Below are positions 1 through 13,071 of a stretch of 64,000 bases of DNA, piece after piece. The stretch is from Octopus vulgaris. Taxonomy: Eukaryota. Where the stretch lies: contig OX597815.1 of NCBI GenBank assembly GCA_951406725.2, forward strand, positions 156,302,001-156,366,000, read 5' to 3'. A program made the translations under genes and the position numbers. Each line of letters opens with the position of its first letter. Within the stretch, counting starts at the first letter, position 1. Under the pieces are notes generated by a model that saw only the letters and a program-made list of their open reading frames with translations, made no database searches and was not told the origin of the DNA.

Positions 1-164
1 AGAAGAAGAAGAAGAAGAAGAAGAAGAAGAAGAAGAAGAAGAAGAAGAAGAAGAAGAAGAAGAAGAAGAAGAAGAAAGAGGAAGAGGAGGAGGAGGAGAA
101 GAAGAAGAAGAAGACGAAGAAGAAGAAGAAGAAGAAGAAGAAGACGAAGAAGAAGAAGAAGAAG

Positions 165-195
<31 letters not shown>

Positions 196-278
196 TGAAG
201 AAGAAGAACAAGAAGAAGAACAAGAACAAGAAGAACAAGAACAAGAACAAGAAGAACAAAAACAAGAAGAAGAAGAAG
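1..278. repeat. (GAA)n/(GAACAA) purine-rich simple repeat
   Basis: Directly visible; runs off the left edge of the window. Confidence 0.97.
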
Positions 279-740
279 TAAAGATTTCTGCATCTCATCC
301 CAAATCTACGAGTCCTACGAGTACACTGCTGCATAGTTACGGTGAGATCGTAATTATACACACCATGTGACTGAACCAATCGATTTATCGATCTGAATCT
401 AGTCAGCGTGGAATTTTGTTAAAACACGTAGATTTGGTTTATTAACACGATAGATTTGATCTCAGCAAAATCGGTCAAACGTGAAGAAATGCCGGATTGG
501 TTATTGCGTTATTTAGTTTCACTGGAGACAATATACGCACTACAAAGATCTTAAATTGACAATTAAGCAATTAGTAATAGCTTTCTTGATTATTCTTCAC
601 CATAATAATACTTGACACATTTTTATGCTTGCGTACAAACTCGTTAATTAAACTAATATGCACACTCGCATACAGTTTACATATTTAAAGGGACGAACAC
701 GAACCCATCATATTACACGGCACATCACCTCCGTCCACAG

Positions 741-874
<134 letters not shown>

Positions 875-1989
875 GCATATATACAGAGCGAGGGAGTGAG
901 AGAAAGAGAGAGAGGTGAGACCGAAATAGAATAGAGGAAAGAAAAAGATAGATAGAAACAAGTAGAGAAGGGAGAGGGAGAAACGGAGAGAAAAAGAGAG
1001 ATAGAAATCATGTTATAATTATCGTATTTTGGAGATATATCGAAGCTTTTAATTAGGCACAAGATTCTTTAATTATGAAGTGAATAAGTGGCATTTTGCA
1101 TGGTTCATGCTTTAACTAGATTATGATGTGAACCGAAATACTTTAAAGTTGGGTGGCTCTGTGGCCGGGGAAATGATGAGGACAATGGTGTTGATAATGT
1201 TGATGCTGATGATTACGGTGGCGGTTGTTCAGAAGTTATTGCCAATGGCTGTAGTGCTGTTGTCGTTGTTGATTATTTTAATTCCAAAGGAATTATCGTT
1301 GTCGCCATCGTTTTTTTTTTTTTGTTCGTGGTGGAGTTTAGCTTTGGCTACAGACTAATGGAGCAGATGTAGAATCAAAGCGTGTTGCTGTCGTAATTAT
1401 CTTGTCTGTCGGCGTATATGTAAGACCATATTATCTCCTATGTCATTCACATTATATAACGCTGTGACATTATTTGTGGGAGACTTGAATGCTATTTCAA
1501 AACGATGAGCCACAACACAGAGGCTTCTTCTTTGGCTTGAAGCTATTGACTATATAAATGCTTGCTGGGATGATTTGGGGATGAATTGACAGAATGGTCA
1601 ATACATCGGAAAAAATGCTTTGCGGTGTTTATTCTTTTTTTTTTTTTTTAACGTTCTGAGTTTAAATCCTGTCAAGGCGAAATGTGTTGTTCATTCATTT
1701 AAAGTCGAAGAAATAGTCCTCGAGTCAAATAATAAGCTAGATTTAGCCGAGTAGCTATCTCGACTAACACAATTGCCCCGATCAGCTGGCATCCACAGGG
1801 TCACAATGAAAGGTGAATTGACGAGTACAATGATATCACGTCTGTAATGCTTGTACTGCTATATATACTACTGCTAACACAATACACACTCATTTTCTCA
1901 TGCACATACACATTTCATTATACGTTCACTCAGATACAATAATAAACAGATAAGAATAATTATAGTATCAATGCTAAGGAACGATCGTG

Positions 1990-2107
1990 TATGATGATAA
2001 TGATGATGGTGATGATGATTATGATGATGATGATGATGATGACGTGGTGATGATATAGTACTCGTGTTAATGACAGGGATGAAGCATTTGATGTTGCTGC
2101 TGCCTTA

Positions 2108-2147
<40 letters not shown>

Positions 2148-2390
2148 GTAATGATGACGACGACGACGATGGTGATGATGATGACGATTATGATGACGAC
2201 AACGACGATGAGCATAATGATGATGATGATACTGATGAAAATGACAACGACGACGACGAAGATTATAGGAGCAGTGTTGGTGGTGATTATAGTAGGGGTA
2301 AGATGATGACGACGACGACTTACAGTGGCGGTGTTAATGGTCGTTATAACTCTAGTAGTAATGAGATTGGTGGCATTCATAGTGATGATG
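1990..2390. repeat. Degenerate (GAT)n/(GAC)n trinucleotide repeat
   Basis: Directly visible; source of the poly-M/poly-I ORFs. Confidence 0.9.
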
Positions 2391-3150
2391 GCAGCTGTGT
2401 AACTGACTGACAGTGTGGATAATAGAAAATGATATGACCAAAGTTATGATATTAGATGTCGCAGAAATGTTTATTTGGTTTAGAGTGAAATAGTTAAATG
2501 ATTGATCAACAGGATGTTTGTTTATTCTTTAATGAAGTTTCTTTACAGCAAGTTTCGACTAAATGATAGTAAGGATATCTCACATTCGTCATGGAAACTT
2601 TGTTATCGTTTGATTCGACACCAGGAAATTACTGGTATTCCTATTATTGACAGCATTAGAACATAAATAATGTAATGAGGGGAACTGACGAAGAAGCCTA
2701 CAACTGTTTTCATACCCGGACCGGACCGGACAGCACGTTGAGTTCGGGCAAAACACTTAATTTCAGGGTACCCCAGTCCTCTCAGCAGTGAAGGTGATGG
2801 TTTGGCGTCTCGTTTAGTGGAGTGCGTGATGCCTGTCAATTATACGCTACGGAAACTGGGTAACTCGCCACATGAGGTTTACGACTTTACATTTTACTCT
2901 CAGAGGTCGCTCGATCCACAAGAAAAAGCTTCCACATTACCCTGTTGCCTTGAAAATGTACGAAGATATTGGCTAATGTTTCAGGAATGCATAGGTTATA
3001 ATCGACGAGTCATGACTTATTTCGTGATAAAGAACAAGAATTATGAACAAGAGAGAGGAATGGCATTAATACACACATGTGCATACATTAGATAATAACT
3101 GATGAAAGAGAAGGAAGAGAGATTGGTATATATACATTAGTCACCAAAAT

Positions 3151-3283
<133 letters not shown>

Positions 3284-3328
3284 GAAAGAATGGAGTTGAA
3301 CGACGAATTAACAAAATTCCTTTATTTT

Positions 3329-3415
3329 ATTTTCGACATATGTTTCGAGGGCTGCATATTCCCCAATTTCGAAGGAATAAGGGTGTGCATTATGCCGCCT
3401 TCTCATCAGAAAAAT
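3329..3415 (-). ncRNA. Type-I hammerhead ribozyme with intact core and long stem II
   Basis: Minus strand reads AUUUUU-CUGAUGA-[56-nt hairpin gaaggcggcaua...uaugcagcccuc]-GAAAC-auau-GUC-GAAAAU. Stem I is 6 bp and stem III is palindromic (ACAUAUGU). Confidence 0.8.
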
Positions 3416-3494
3416 TAAGGAACTTATGTCAGCATCAAGATGCACAAAAACTTTTAGATGACTGCTCACACGGAGCCCATAGCGATAATGAGTG

Positions 3495-3567
<73 letters not shown>

Positions 3568-3570
3568 GAA

Positions 3571-3848
3571 GATGACCTTTTCAGCTTATTGACGAACGAC
3601 CGACTCAAATGATTTACTTATAGCGATCAAACGTTGGTGCCGCATATCAGCTTACTCTCTCCATCAAATCGACGTTGTCTGAACGAGTGCACTACATACC
3701 ACACGTTCGGTATCGAAGTGATTGCAGAGCAATGTAAGATTAAATTTTCTCGCTCAAAAACACAACGCACCACGTGGTCTAGGAATTGAAATCGCCATTT
3801 TACGGTCATGAGTGCAACAACCTAACCACTAATCTATGCGCCCTCAAC
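3571..3848 (-). mobile_element. tRNA-derived SINE, family C
   Basis: Reverse complement aligns by eye with 22409-22680 and 31620-31915 (tRNA-like head; gcgttgtgttyttgagcaa...gttgctctgca; tail atcact/gctataagyaaatcattt). Confidence 0.7.
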
Positions 3849-3851
3849 ATA

Positions 3852-3895
<44 letters not shown>

Positions 3896-3930
3896 TGTGT
3901 GTGTGTGTGTGTGTATGCGTGTAGATAGAT

Positions 3931-4006
<76 letters not shown>

Positions 4007-4180
4007 TGTATGTATGTGTGTGTATACTTATGACTTGTTAGAAATTCCTCAACTCAAAGGCAAAAATATACGTCACTAAAGCAATTGAGGGCGCTGTTCA
4101 GCACTACTATTGCTAGAAATAAGGGTCAAAACAATTCATAGCCACAATAACGCACCGTCTCAGAGTTTAACCCAAGTGTG

Positions 4181-4229
4181 AGGCACTGACGAGTGTTAAT
4201 GTAAACACGAAATTACTGCTGATCTGGTT
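4181..4229 (+). ncRNA. Type-I hammerhead ribozyme with intact core
   Basis: aggca-CUGACGA-gugUU(aaugua)AAcac-GAAA-uua(cugc)uga-UC-ugguu. Stem II is 5 bp perfect, stem III is 4 bp including a GU, and stem I has one G.G mismatch. Confidence 0.75.
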
Positions 4230-4255
4230 GTACATATATATATATATATATATAA

Positions 4256-4941
4256 AAGAAATATTGAATTTCTAAATCTCTCGTAGAGACATGAACGGTG
4301 GTGGGGCGATAGAATGGTTGTATACTGTCAATCTAACAAGAACGTGACTGTAGGGGGTACACCACCGCTGTATAGCCCTAGGAAGCATCGAACGCCTCCT
4401 GATAGCTTTGACACATTTTTTCCCTGTGTCCTTCTCTTCGTATATGTATATAAGGACACAGGGAAAAAATGTGTCAAAGCTATCAGGAGGCGTTCGATGC
4501 TTCCTAGGGCTATACAGCGGTGGTGTACCCCCTACAGTCACGTTCTTGTTAGATTGACAGTATACAACCACTCTATCGCCCCACCACCGTACATGTCTCT
4601 ACGAGAGATTTAGAAATTCAATATTTCTTATTTTGATAATCAGTGAATAGACTTCACTGAGTTTACATATATACAATTACGAAGTCGAGGCAAATATCAC
4701 CAGCTGACCGGTGTCTGCTACTCTAAACCGATGAAGGACAATGATCCTGAAACACGGTGTCCCTAGATGCAGTTCCGGCGGCCGGGGGTGTTTGTCTCCC
4801 CTTCGTATATGTATATAAGGACACAGGGAAAAAATGTGTCATAGCTATCAGGAGGCGTTCGATGCTTCCTAGGGCTATACAGCGGTGGTGTACCCCCTAC
4901 TGTCACGTTCTTGTTAGATTGACAGTATACAACCATTCTAT
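4256..4941. mobile_element. Inverted plus partial-tandem repeat array carrying a degenerate HHR (Penelope pseudo-LTR / retrozyme-like)
   Basis: Arms 4256-4433 and 4452-4629 are reverse complements (178 bp, 2 mismatches, 18-nt loop). 4436-4576 is repeated directly at 4801-4941 (period 365). HHR-like motif at 4722-4767. Flanked by (TA)n on both sides. Confidence 0.75.
4722..4767 (+). ncRNA. Degenerate type-I hammerhead motif (U4>C)
   Basis: ucua-aa-CCGAUGA-agga(caauga)uccu-GAAA-ca(cgg)ug-UC-cc-uaga. Stems II and III pair; the proximal part of stem I is mismatched. Confidence 0.6.
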
Positions 4942-4944
4942 ATA

Positions 4945-4990
<46 letters not shown>

Positions 4991-5163
4991 CATACATACA
5001 TATATATAACTGAAAAAATGGCGGCGTGGACTTCCACCTCGGCATCCGACACTCGGAGTTTTTTATGGCTACCGAATAATTGTCACATATTACATTTACA
5101 TATAAATTGCTCTATTTACATAATACCGAGTTCTCTTTCATTCTTTTATTGTCTTACTACATA

Positions 5164-5220
<57 letters not shown>

Positions 5221-6586
5221 GTACATACATACATACATACATACATACATACATACATACATACATACATACATACATACATACATACATAGAGAGATAG
5301 TGGGGGAGAAGCAGAGGGAGCAAGAGAGAAAGGGAGAGCTCAGTATGATTGATTCAAACCCGGCACATACGTAATTTTATCTAAACCCAGAGTGTCAACA
5401 GCCAAATTCAACTGTACCTATGTTTAAATATTCGAATTCAGAATATAAAAGAACATAACTCCCACAAGAGATAGTGTTGTATATTGTATTTCCACCATTA
5501 CATTGGTCCTCTATATCGTCTCCTGCGCCATAAGAGCTGCGGATAAACAACCAGACTCGTTATTTTTACAGTATTCCCTCTATTTTTATCAACAGATTTT
5601 TACACATGCACACACACAGTCATAACTTTGATAACTTAGAAAACTTAGATATGTTTCGACCAAAGATTGGTCCAGGCCATGTCTAACTTAATAGCACCAC
5701 CTGATAGGATTATTCGAATCCTGTTTAAGTCAAGTTTTGTTCAAGTAGTGAGTTCTTGTTGGGTGAGTTGTATCCAATTATGGGTGGCTTATCCCGTAAG
5801 AGATAATGTTCTATATTGTATATCTATCGTTGCAATTGTCCTCTACTTCGTTCTCATGCTCCATAAGAGCTGCGGAGAAACATACCGACTGTTATTTTTA
5901 CAGTATTCCCTCTAATTATATCAATAGATTTTTAATGCATCGTGGCATCTATTTTCAACCACATAGCTAAGACTAAAATACCTATAATATGGACACAGTG
6001 CGACCGAAGTGTTTGTAACAAAAATACGAACTAGTATCACATTGCACATTTTCCCCAACTTCTGTGTTCATACAAGCAGACATTAAGGCAAAGGAAATAT
6101 TCGATCACGCGCAGACCTATACACAATCACATACACACACACTCACACGCACACACACACACACACACACTTCTATATTATGGCACTCAATACATTCCAT
6201 TATAAATTCGTTTGTCTCATTTAAGTATTTTTGCTTCGTCGTATCATTGTATCGTCCAAATGGATTAGCTTTTCTCGTCATAAAAGCAAACATTTAACGT
6301 TTTTCCTGTTTTTCTATGTTTTTTTGAAGAGAAAAATCTCAAAATATTTCACAACGCTGAACGGCCACAAATAGTGAAATATAAAATGTTAGAGAAATAT
6401 TTAATTGTAGACTACTTGAAATCTTTACAAAATAACCTCTATTGATATAGCCGAAAATAAACACGAATCAATAACGACCAAATTACAACATGCTTTATTC
6501 ATCAACACACGGCTCCGGTATATTTTGTTATAAAATCTATTCACTTATTAAGGGGTTTATTTTCGATTTTAATCTCATCTGACCTA

Positions 6587-6635
<49 letters not shown>

Positions 6636-7129
6636 AGTATGTATGCATGTGTGCGTATATCAATGTATGTATGTATATATGTTTATTTATATATATATAC
6701 TATGTAATATTATATATATTGTTATCCCTTTTTCTAGTTAATTTTCCCCTCCCTTCCTCTTTATTTTTGTTCCTTTATTCTTTATGTATCGCTTTCTCAA
6801 CTTCGTTTTTACCTTCTCCCCATGTACTTTTCAGTTATGTCATAAAAATTTATGGTTTAATGAAAAAATTATGTGGCATAAAAGGGCTAGATATACAATG
6901 GACATTTTGGTAGTATTACATTAACTAATCTAGGGGGAGTAGAACGAAATTTTCATCGCCCGTGTTAAAACCATTGTACGAACTATGCCAGGATAGCCGA
7001 AATATATCTGTATTTATTCGAAGTACAGGCTTGTCTTAGTACAAGGAATGTAACTGAGCCAAAATCTAAAGAATGTAGTAGCATTTGGATTGGCATTTTT
7101 AGAATGGGGAGGTGTCAAAGGTAATGGAC

Positions 7130-8070
7130 TGCGGGGGTCGTTAGAGCATCGGAGAAAATGTCTTGCACTGTATGTTCCGATGCTTTTACAATGTGAATTG
7201 AAATACTACCGGGGTATTTTATCATTTTGTGTTTGATAAAATAAAATACATATGAAGAACTAGTGTAGATGGTATCAACTAGTTTTCGATTCACGAAATT
7301 GCTGATCTTCTGCCTAAATAGGAAACCATTGTCATTATCATTGCTTCAAATACAACCGAGGTCTACATTGTCTTTCATCCTTTTGGGGGTCAATAGAATA
7401 AGGTACTAGTGGAGTTCTGGGATGGATGCAATTGACTTACCTTTACCCCTGAATTTGCTGGCCTTTTACCAAACTTATTATTGCTGTTTTTCTTTTATAT
7501 TCTTTGTTTTAGTGTAGAGGATATAAAATCGAATAGAATCCAGAGTATTAAGTGAAACAAGATGTAATATCACTTAGTCATTTTCGCCTGTTCCACATTT
7601 CGCTTTCGTTTCCCACGTGAAATATGCCAATCATTTTAAGAATAGAAAATGTACTTGGTTCGAGAAATGGCTAATGACTCTAGGCGAATTTAAAATTGTA
7701 TTTGAATCATGAGTTTTCTAAGGACGCTTTATGCAAGTAACTATACTCTACTTTTTAATTTTTTCTCTTGGACCCTTGGACTCATAAGGCCGGTTGCCCA
7801 GTTTCCAAAGCATAAGTGTGATTAAGGTCACATTCCCTCAGAACAGGAAGCCGGTTCTTTGTACGTTCAACCTAGCAATTTTGAGAAGAGGACAATTCGT
7901 TTACATCGAACCCAATAATGGATTGGTACATTATTTTATCGATCTCGAAGGAATGAACAAGAAAAGTTGACCTCAGTGGTATCTGAACTCGGATTGTAAG
8001 GAGCCAGAAAAAATGCCTCTCAGCATTTTATCCGACACGATAACGATTTTGCCATCTCGTTGCTTTATTA
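7130..8070. mobile_element. Cluster of old family-B SINE fragments (about 7130-7330 +, 7350-7480 +, 7870-8070 -)
   Basis: Degenerate matches to the ttgcctttcatcctttcggggtcgat...aagtaccag core of the intact copy at 61841-62082. Confidence 0.6.
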
Positions 8071-9267
8071 CACTCTATTACTTGTTCTTATTTTATTGAT
8101 CCTCGAAGATTTAGAAACATCGGCCACGGATTTTAAAGACATATCCTACTTGGCATGAAACATGATTTTATAGAATATTCAGTCCAATCCTATCAGTTCT
8201 GCCAGCTCATCAGGACTTCTATAGGCATTTATATAAATAGAGATAGATAAATGTTTTTCTTCTTTTCTTGTACTAAAACTTTACTAAATCGATCATTGCT
8301 AGTAGTAGTTTGAACCACTTCCGACTGATTTAATCAAGATAGAGTACCTCGTCCTCAATTTAATTACACAGGAAGTTATAACGATCTCTTTAAATAAAAG
8401 TTCCTTAGCCGAAAGTTGCTTTGACCTTTATGAGCTTGTATCAGTCGACTGATGGAATGTTTCTCACATGGAAATATTACCTGCATGAATGCGTACACTG
8501 TTTAATTAGAAACAGTTAAACTACAAATAATTATCATTGAGCAGGCATTCCATAAAACAGGTCAGTCAAAACAGTTTAATCAGTATTACTGTAAAGTTAA
8601 TTTTCGTAATTCAAGCCAAGATACGTAGACGACCCAATGATGATCTTCTCGTGAACTACATACCCGTATTTATGTATTTACATTAACTGTTTGTTGGTTT
8701 ATCTAGTAATCATTTTCCAGACAGATGCTTGCAAATTGATATAACGATTTTTGTAGGATGAAATTATATGACACTTCATAGATGATAGAAATTAATTAAT
8801 ATAAGAATGTATTTCTTGCTTTGTCGTAAAATGATTTTAATGTTACAGCCTCGGTGTTAACAACGGAAGAATATCAATTTGATCTTCTAGAGACTCATTC
8901 AAAATTTATGCAATCTGAGCCACATACTATATAATATGGAGTCTCTTTCTCTCCTTGTCATTCATAGTTTATATATCAGATGGCATTCACAATAAATTAT
9001 CCAACAGTGTGAACTTTTCAAAGGTTTGCAAGAAATATTATTGTAACACACGAATTTGCTTTCAAGATTATCTATCCCTAGAATTGACTTACATAGCTGC
9101 ATATAGAATTATATAGTATTTATGCACGACAGTCTTACATATATTAAATTAGCATTGTAACTAGCACATCAATAGAAAGGAATGATCTTCTAGAAAACTC
9201 TGTCTATTTTGATCTCTTGTTGATAGGAATATACGCACGGCTATTTCCGTTTATAATAAACTCGCTT

Positions 9268-9317
9268 TTCTTCTTCTTCTTCTTCTTCTTCTTCTTCTTC
9301 TTCTTCTTCTTCTTCTT

Positions 9318-9369
<52 letters not shown>

Positions 9370-9860
9370 TACTACTTCTACTATTTCTTCTTCTTCTTTT
9401 CTACCTCTTCTTTTCTTCTATTTCTTTTTCCACTTCTACTTCTACTCCTTCTTCTTTTCTTCTTCTTCTTCCACTTCTTTTCTTCTTCTTCCTCTTCCTC
9501 TTCTTCTTTACTTCTTCTTCTACTTTTCTTCTTCTTCTTTTCTTCTTCTTCTTCTTTTCTTCTTCTTCTACTTCTTCTTCTTCTTCTTCTTCTTCTTTTC
9601 TTCTTCTTCTACTTCTTCTTCTACTTCTTCTTCTACTTCTACTTCTACTTCTTTTACTTCTTCTTCTTCTTTTACTTCTTCTATTTCTTTTTCTACCTCT
9701 ACTTCTACTTCTACTTTTTTCTTTTCTTCTTCTACTTCTTCTCCTTCTTCTCCTTCTTCTTCTTCTTCTTCTTCTTCTTCTTTTCTTCTTCTACTTCTTC
9801 TCCTTCTTCTTCTTCTTCTTTTCTTCTTCTACTTCTTCTTCTTTTTCTTCTTCTTCTTGT
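9268..9860. repeat. (TTC)n/(CTA)n compound pyrimidine tract
   Basis: Directly visible; explains the 235-aa poly-F/Y/L/S ORF. Confidence 0.95.
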
Positions 9861-10136
9861 CTTATCCACACTGAAGGACGTCACACAAGTCACCTTTATA
9901 AAAAAGGATTTGCAGGATTTGTAGAATTGTTCTATCTTTATATATCTTACAAATCTATTAATATCTGGTGTCGCTGTTCTTCATAAGAAGACTATAGACC
10001 AAAGTGTTTACGCATTCATCCAGCCTTAATACTCATGTAGCGCCAAAATGATCGGCTGGGGATTATCGGTCGCAGTCTTCGTACTTGAACTACAGCAGCT
10101 TAAGTCCATTTAATCAGCCTCCGTACTTGTCATGTA

Positions 10137-10201
<65 letters not shown>

Positions 10202-10886
10202 CAGCTCAACCAAGTGTTTTGTAATACGAAACTGTTAGCGTTCGAAGTTGAAGTTACTTCTTCCCACTCAAACAATCAGACGATGTGAAAATAATATAAA
10301 GCCCTGTACTATAGGAAAAAGGATATGAAAATTACATAGAAATGTGAGAGGAACGTTCAAGTATCTGTACGTCAAAGAAATATTCATCCTTCAGGCAAAT
10401 CAACAAGATGAATTACCAATCATTATATATATTTGTGTTACAACTTGTACGCATGTAGGTAATACGGAATGTGCCGCCAGCGGATCTACTCTACAAAGTG
10501 ATAACAGTTCATTTCGGCGTCATTTGATGTATGAGAGCAGTTATGGTCTAGAAATATCACAAAAGCGTTATACGTAATACTCTTATTACGCTGGTCAGCC
10601 GACTAAGGATGTGTGCGAATGTATCTATGACAGACAGGTAGATAGATAGATATTCTATCTACCTGTCTACCTGCGCTGTGTAGGTAGATGGAGGTAAGCT
10701 AATAACGTCAAAATCTCTTCCAACATCTGTCAGACCTATGCTACGTGACCAACTGTTTTATCTACTAACCTTCTGCTGGGAATTCAAAAATACCATGGAT
10801 GAAGAAGACAATGGCGGTAGGAAAATGAGAAGAAGAAGAAGAAGAAGAAGAAGAAGAAGAAGAAGAAGAAGAAGAAGAAGAAGAAG

Positions 10887-10939
<53 letters not shown>

Positions 10940-11684
10940 CGATAGATAGATAGATATAAAGGTTTCTGTATTTATCATATATATTTGCGATCTATCATTA
11001 ACCTGAAGGATTATCAAATACATTTTAAGCGATTATGTTTTATGATATATTACGTTGAAACGGTTCATACTTTCAGATTGTTCCCCTTCATGTGATGATG
11101 ATATATTTGGTTGCTTTTGGCTTAGTATAGTCTTTGCTTTTTATCAGAAGGTGGGGCAGCAATGTGATTGTATTTTAGTGCAGTGTAGGTAGATGGAGTA
11201 AGCTAATAACGTCAAAATCTCTTCCAGCGTCTGTCAGACCTATGCTAAGTGACCAACTATATTGTCTACAAACCTTCTGCTGTGAATTCAAAAATACCAC
11301 GGAAATTATTCTGACGTGAATGTGACGCGTTTGTTTACACCTTTCCTTCAGCCTGAGTGAAACTTAAAAAATCAAGATTCCCGTATCAAACCAAAACAAG
11401 TCTCTTCACCATACGTTTTTGTCAATCCGCATTCTGCAAATACGTAATTTTCCCCCGATTCTCCTCTAGTATGCACTTTTCCTACAGAAAATCTTTCTTT
11501 GTCTATCTACAACACACCTAATTTTCCTCATACTGCTCCATCTCTCCCAAAATAAAACCTACCGGATACTATATAAGCCACAAAGAAACAAAGTAAATCA
11601 CAATGTGATAAAGGCGACCAAGTGCAAACTTCAAAGTCACTGTCAACCTTCTCCTTGAAAAAAATTTGTTTTTCATAATCATGT

Positions 11685-11907
11685 GTAATATTGGCTTCAA
11701 ATCCTGGTTTCAAGGCAAATAATTTAGGAGGAGGGGCTAAGTCGATGACATCGACCACAGTGTTCAGGTGGGATTTATTTTACTGACCCAAAAGGATGAC
11801 AGGCAAAGTAGACCTCGACGGAATTTGAACTGAGAAAGTGAAGACAGACGACGAAATGCCACTAAGCATGCCAGACATGGTAAAGATTCTTCCAGCTGCC
11901 GCCTTAA
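11685..11907 (-). mobile_element. SINE family B
   Basis: aaaggatgacaggcaaagtagacctcgacggaatttgaactga...ccagctgccgcctt matches 61841-62082. Confidence 0.8.
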
Positions 11908-12190
11908 TCTGGTATAATATCACTACCACCACAGAAGCAATATACTAGCTTTTTTAAGTAGAATTTGTGAACCTACTGCAAGAAACCATTGGTAGTATTG
12001 CTAATCCACAAACAAAGTATACAACTATACATATACATAGAGAAAGAGAGAGAAAGACAAAGATGGACACAGAGGGAGATGTTGTAGTGTGTATAACACA
12101 CTTCAAATTGCCTACACCTGAAAATACTGACACTGAAACACAATACACATATATTTACCTTCACGCTATATTTTACTTTCCTCCTCTCTC

Positions 12191-12240
<50 letters not shown>

Positions 12241-12948
12241 GCACACACACACACACATACACTCACATCATTTGTAATCACATATACGTACACAGGCAAA
12301 TATAAAGTATCTGTATTTCACTGGCACACATACACACATACATTTCCACATACACCAATAATCTTTTTTTTATACACATATACAAATACATACGTACATG
12401 CGCAAACGTGCTAACGCTCACATACAACATAGTCATGTCTACAAGCATACAAATTCACAAACTTTTAATCCCTATCTTTTTTTTTATCCATCCTTAAACT
12501 TTTCCTATTGCCCTAATTTCCTTTATCTCGAGCATGGATGCATTGTTTACCTCAAACTTTTGAATTTACAGATATATGCAGACAAATCGAAGCATGATTT
12601 ATCTCACTTATAACATTATGTACAAATAGATACACATGCATACGAATGTTTATCATATTATATACATATATATTATACATATGATTTTGTTTGCAAACAA
12701 CACTTCCGTCTAATACCAAGAGAGTGTTCTGTGCATATGACCATGTGCGTGCATATACACATAAACCTATATACATTGATTCAACTAAGTACACATATAT
12801 CTAAACACTTTAAATGTATTTCATTCGCTATTAAATTCTTTCTGTTGATATTTCTGTTGATATTTCTTTAAATAGCGGTTTTTCCTCCTGCAGTTTGTTT
12901 CTGATTCTAGCGATCTATCTATCTAGCTAGCTAGTTATCTATCCATCC

Positions 12949-13071
<123 letters not shown>

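Noticed and set aside
2697-2770. Possible minus-strand hammerhead (CUGAAAU...ugcccg/cgggua-GAAAAC-aguu-GUA)
   Set aside because: Core and spacing are too degenerate to call.
4272-5374. Twin 99-aa ORFs and a 205-aa ORF sharing sequence
   Set aside because: By-product of the palindrome and tandem repeat; no recognisable protein motif.
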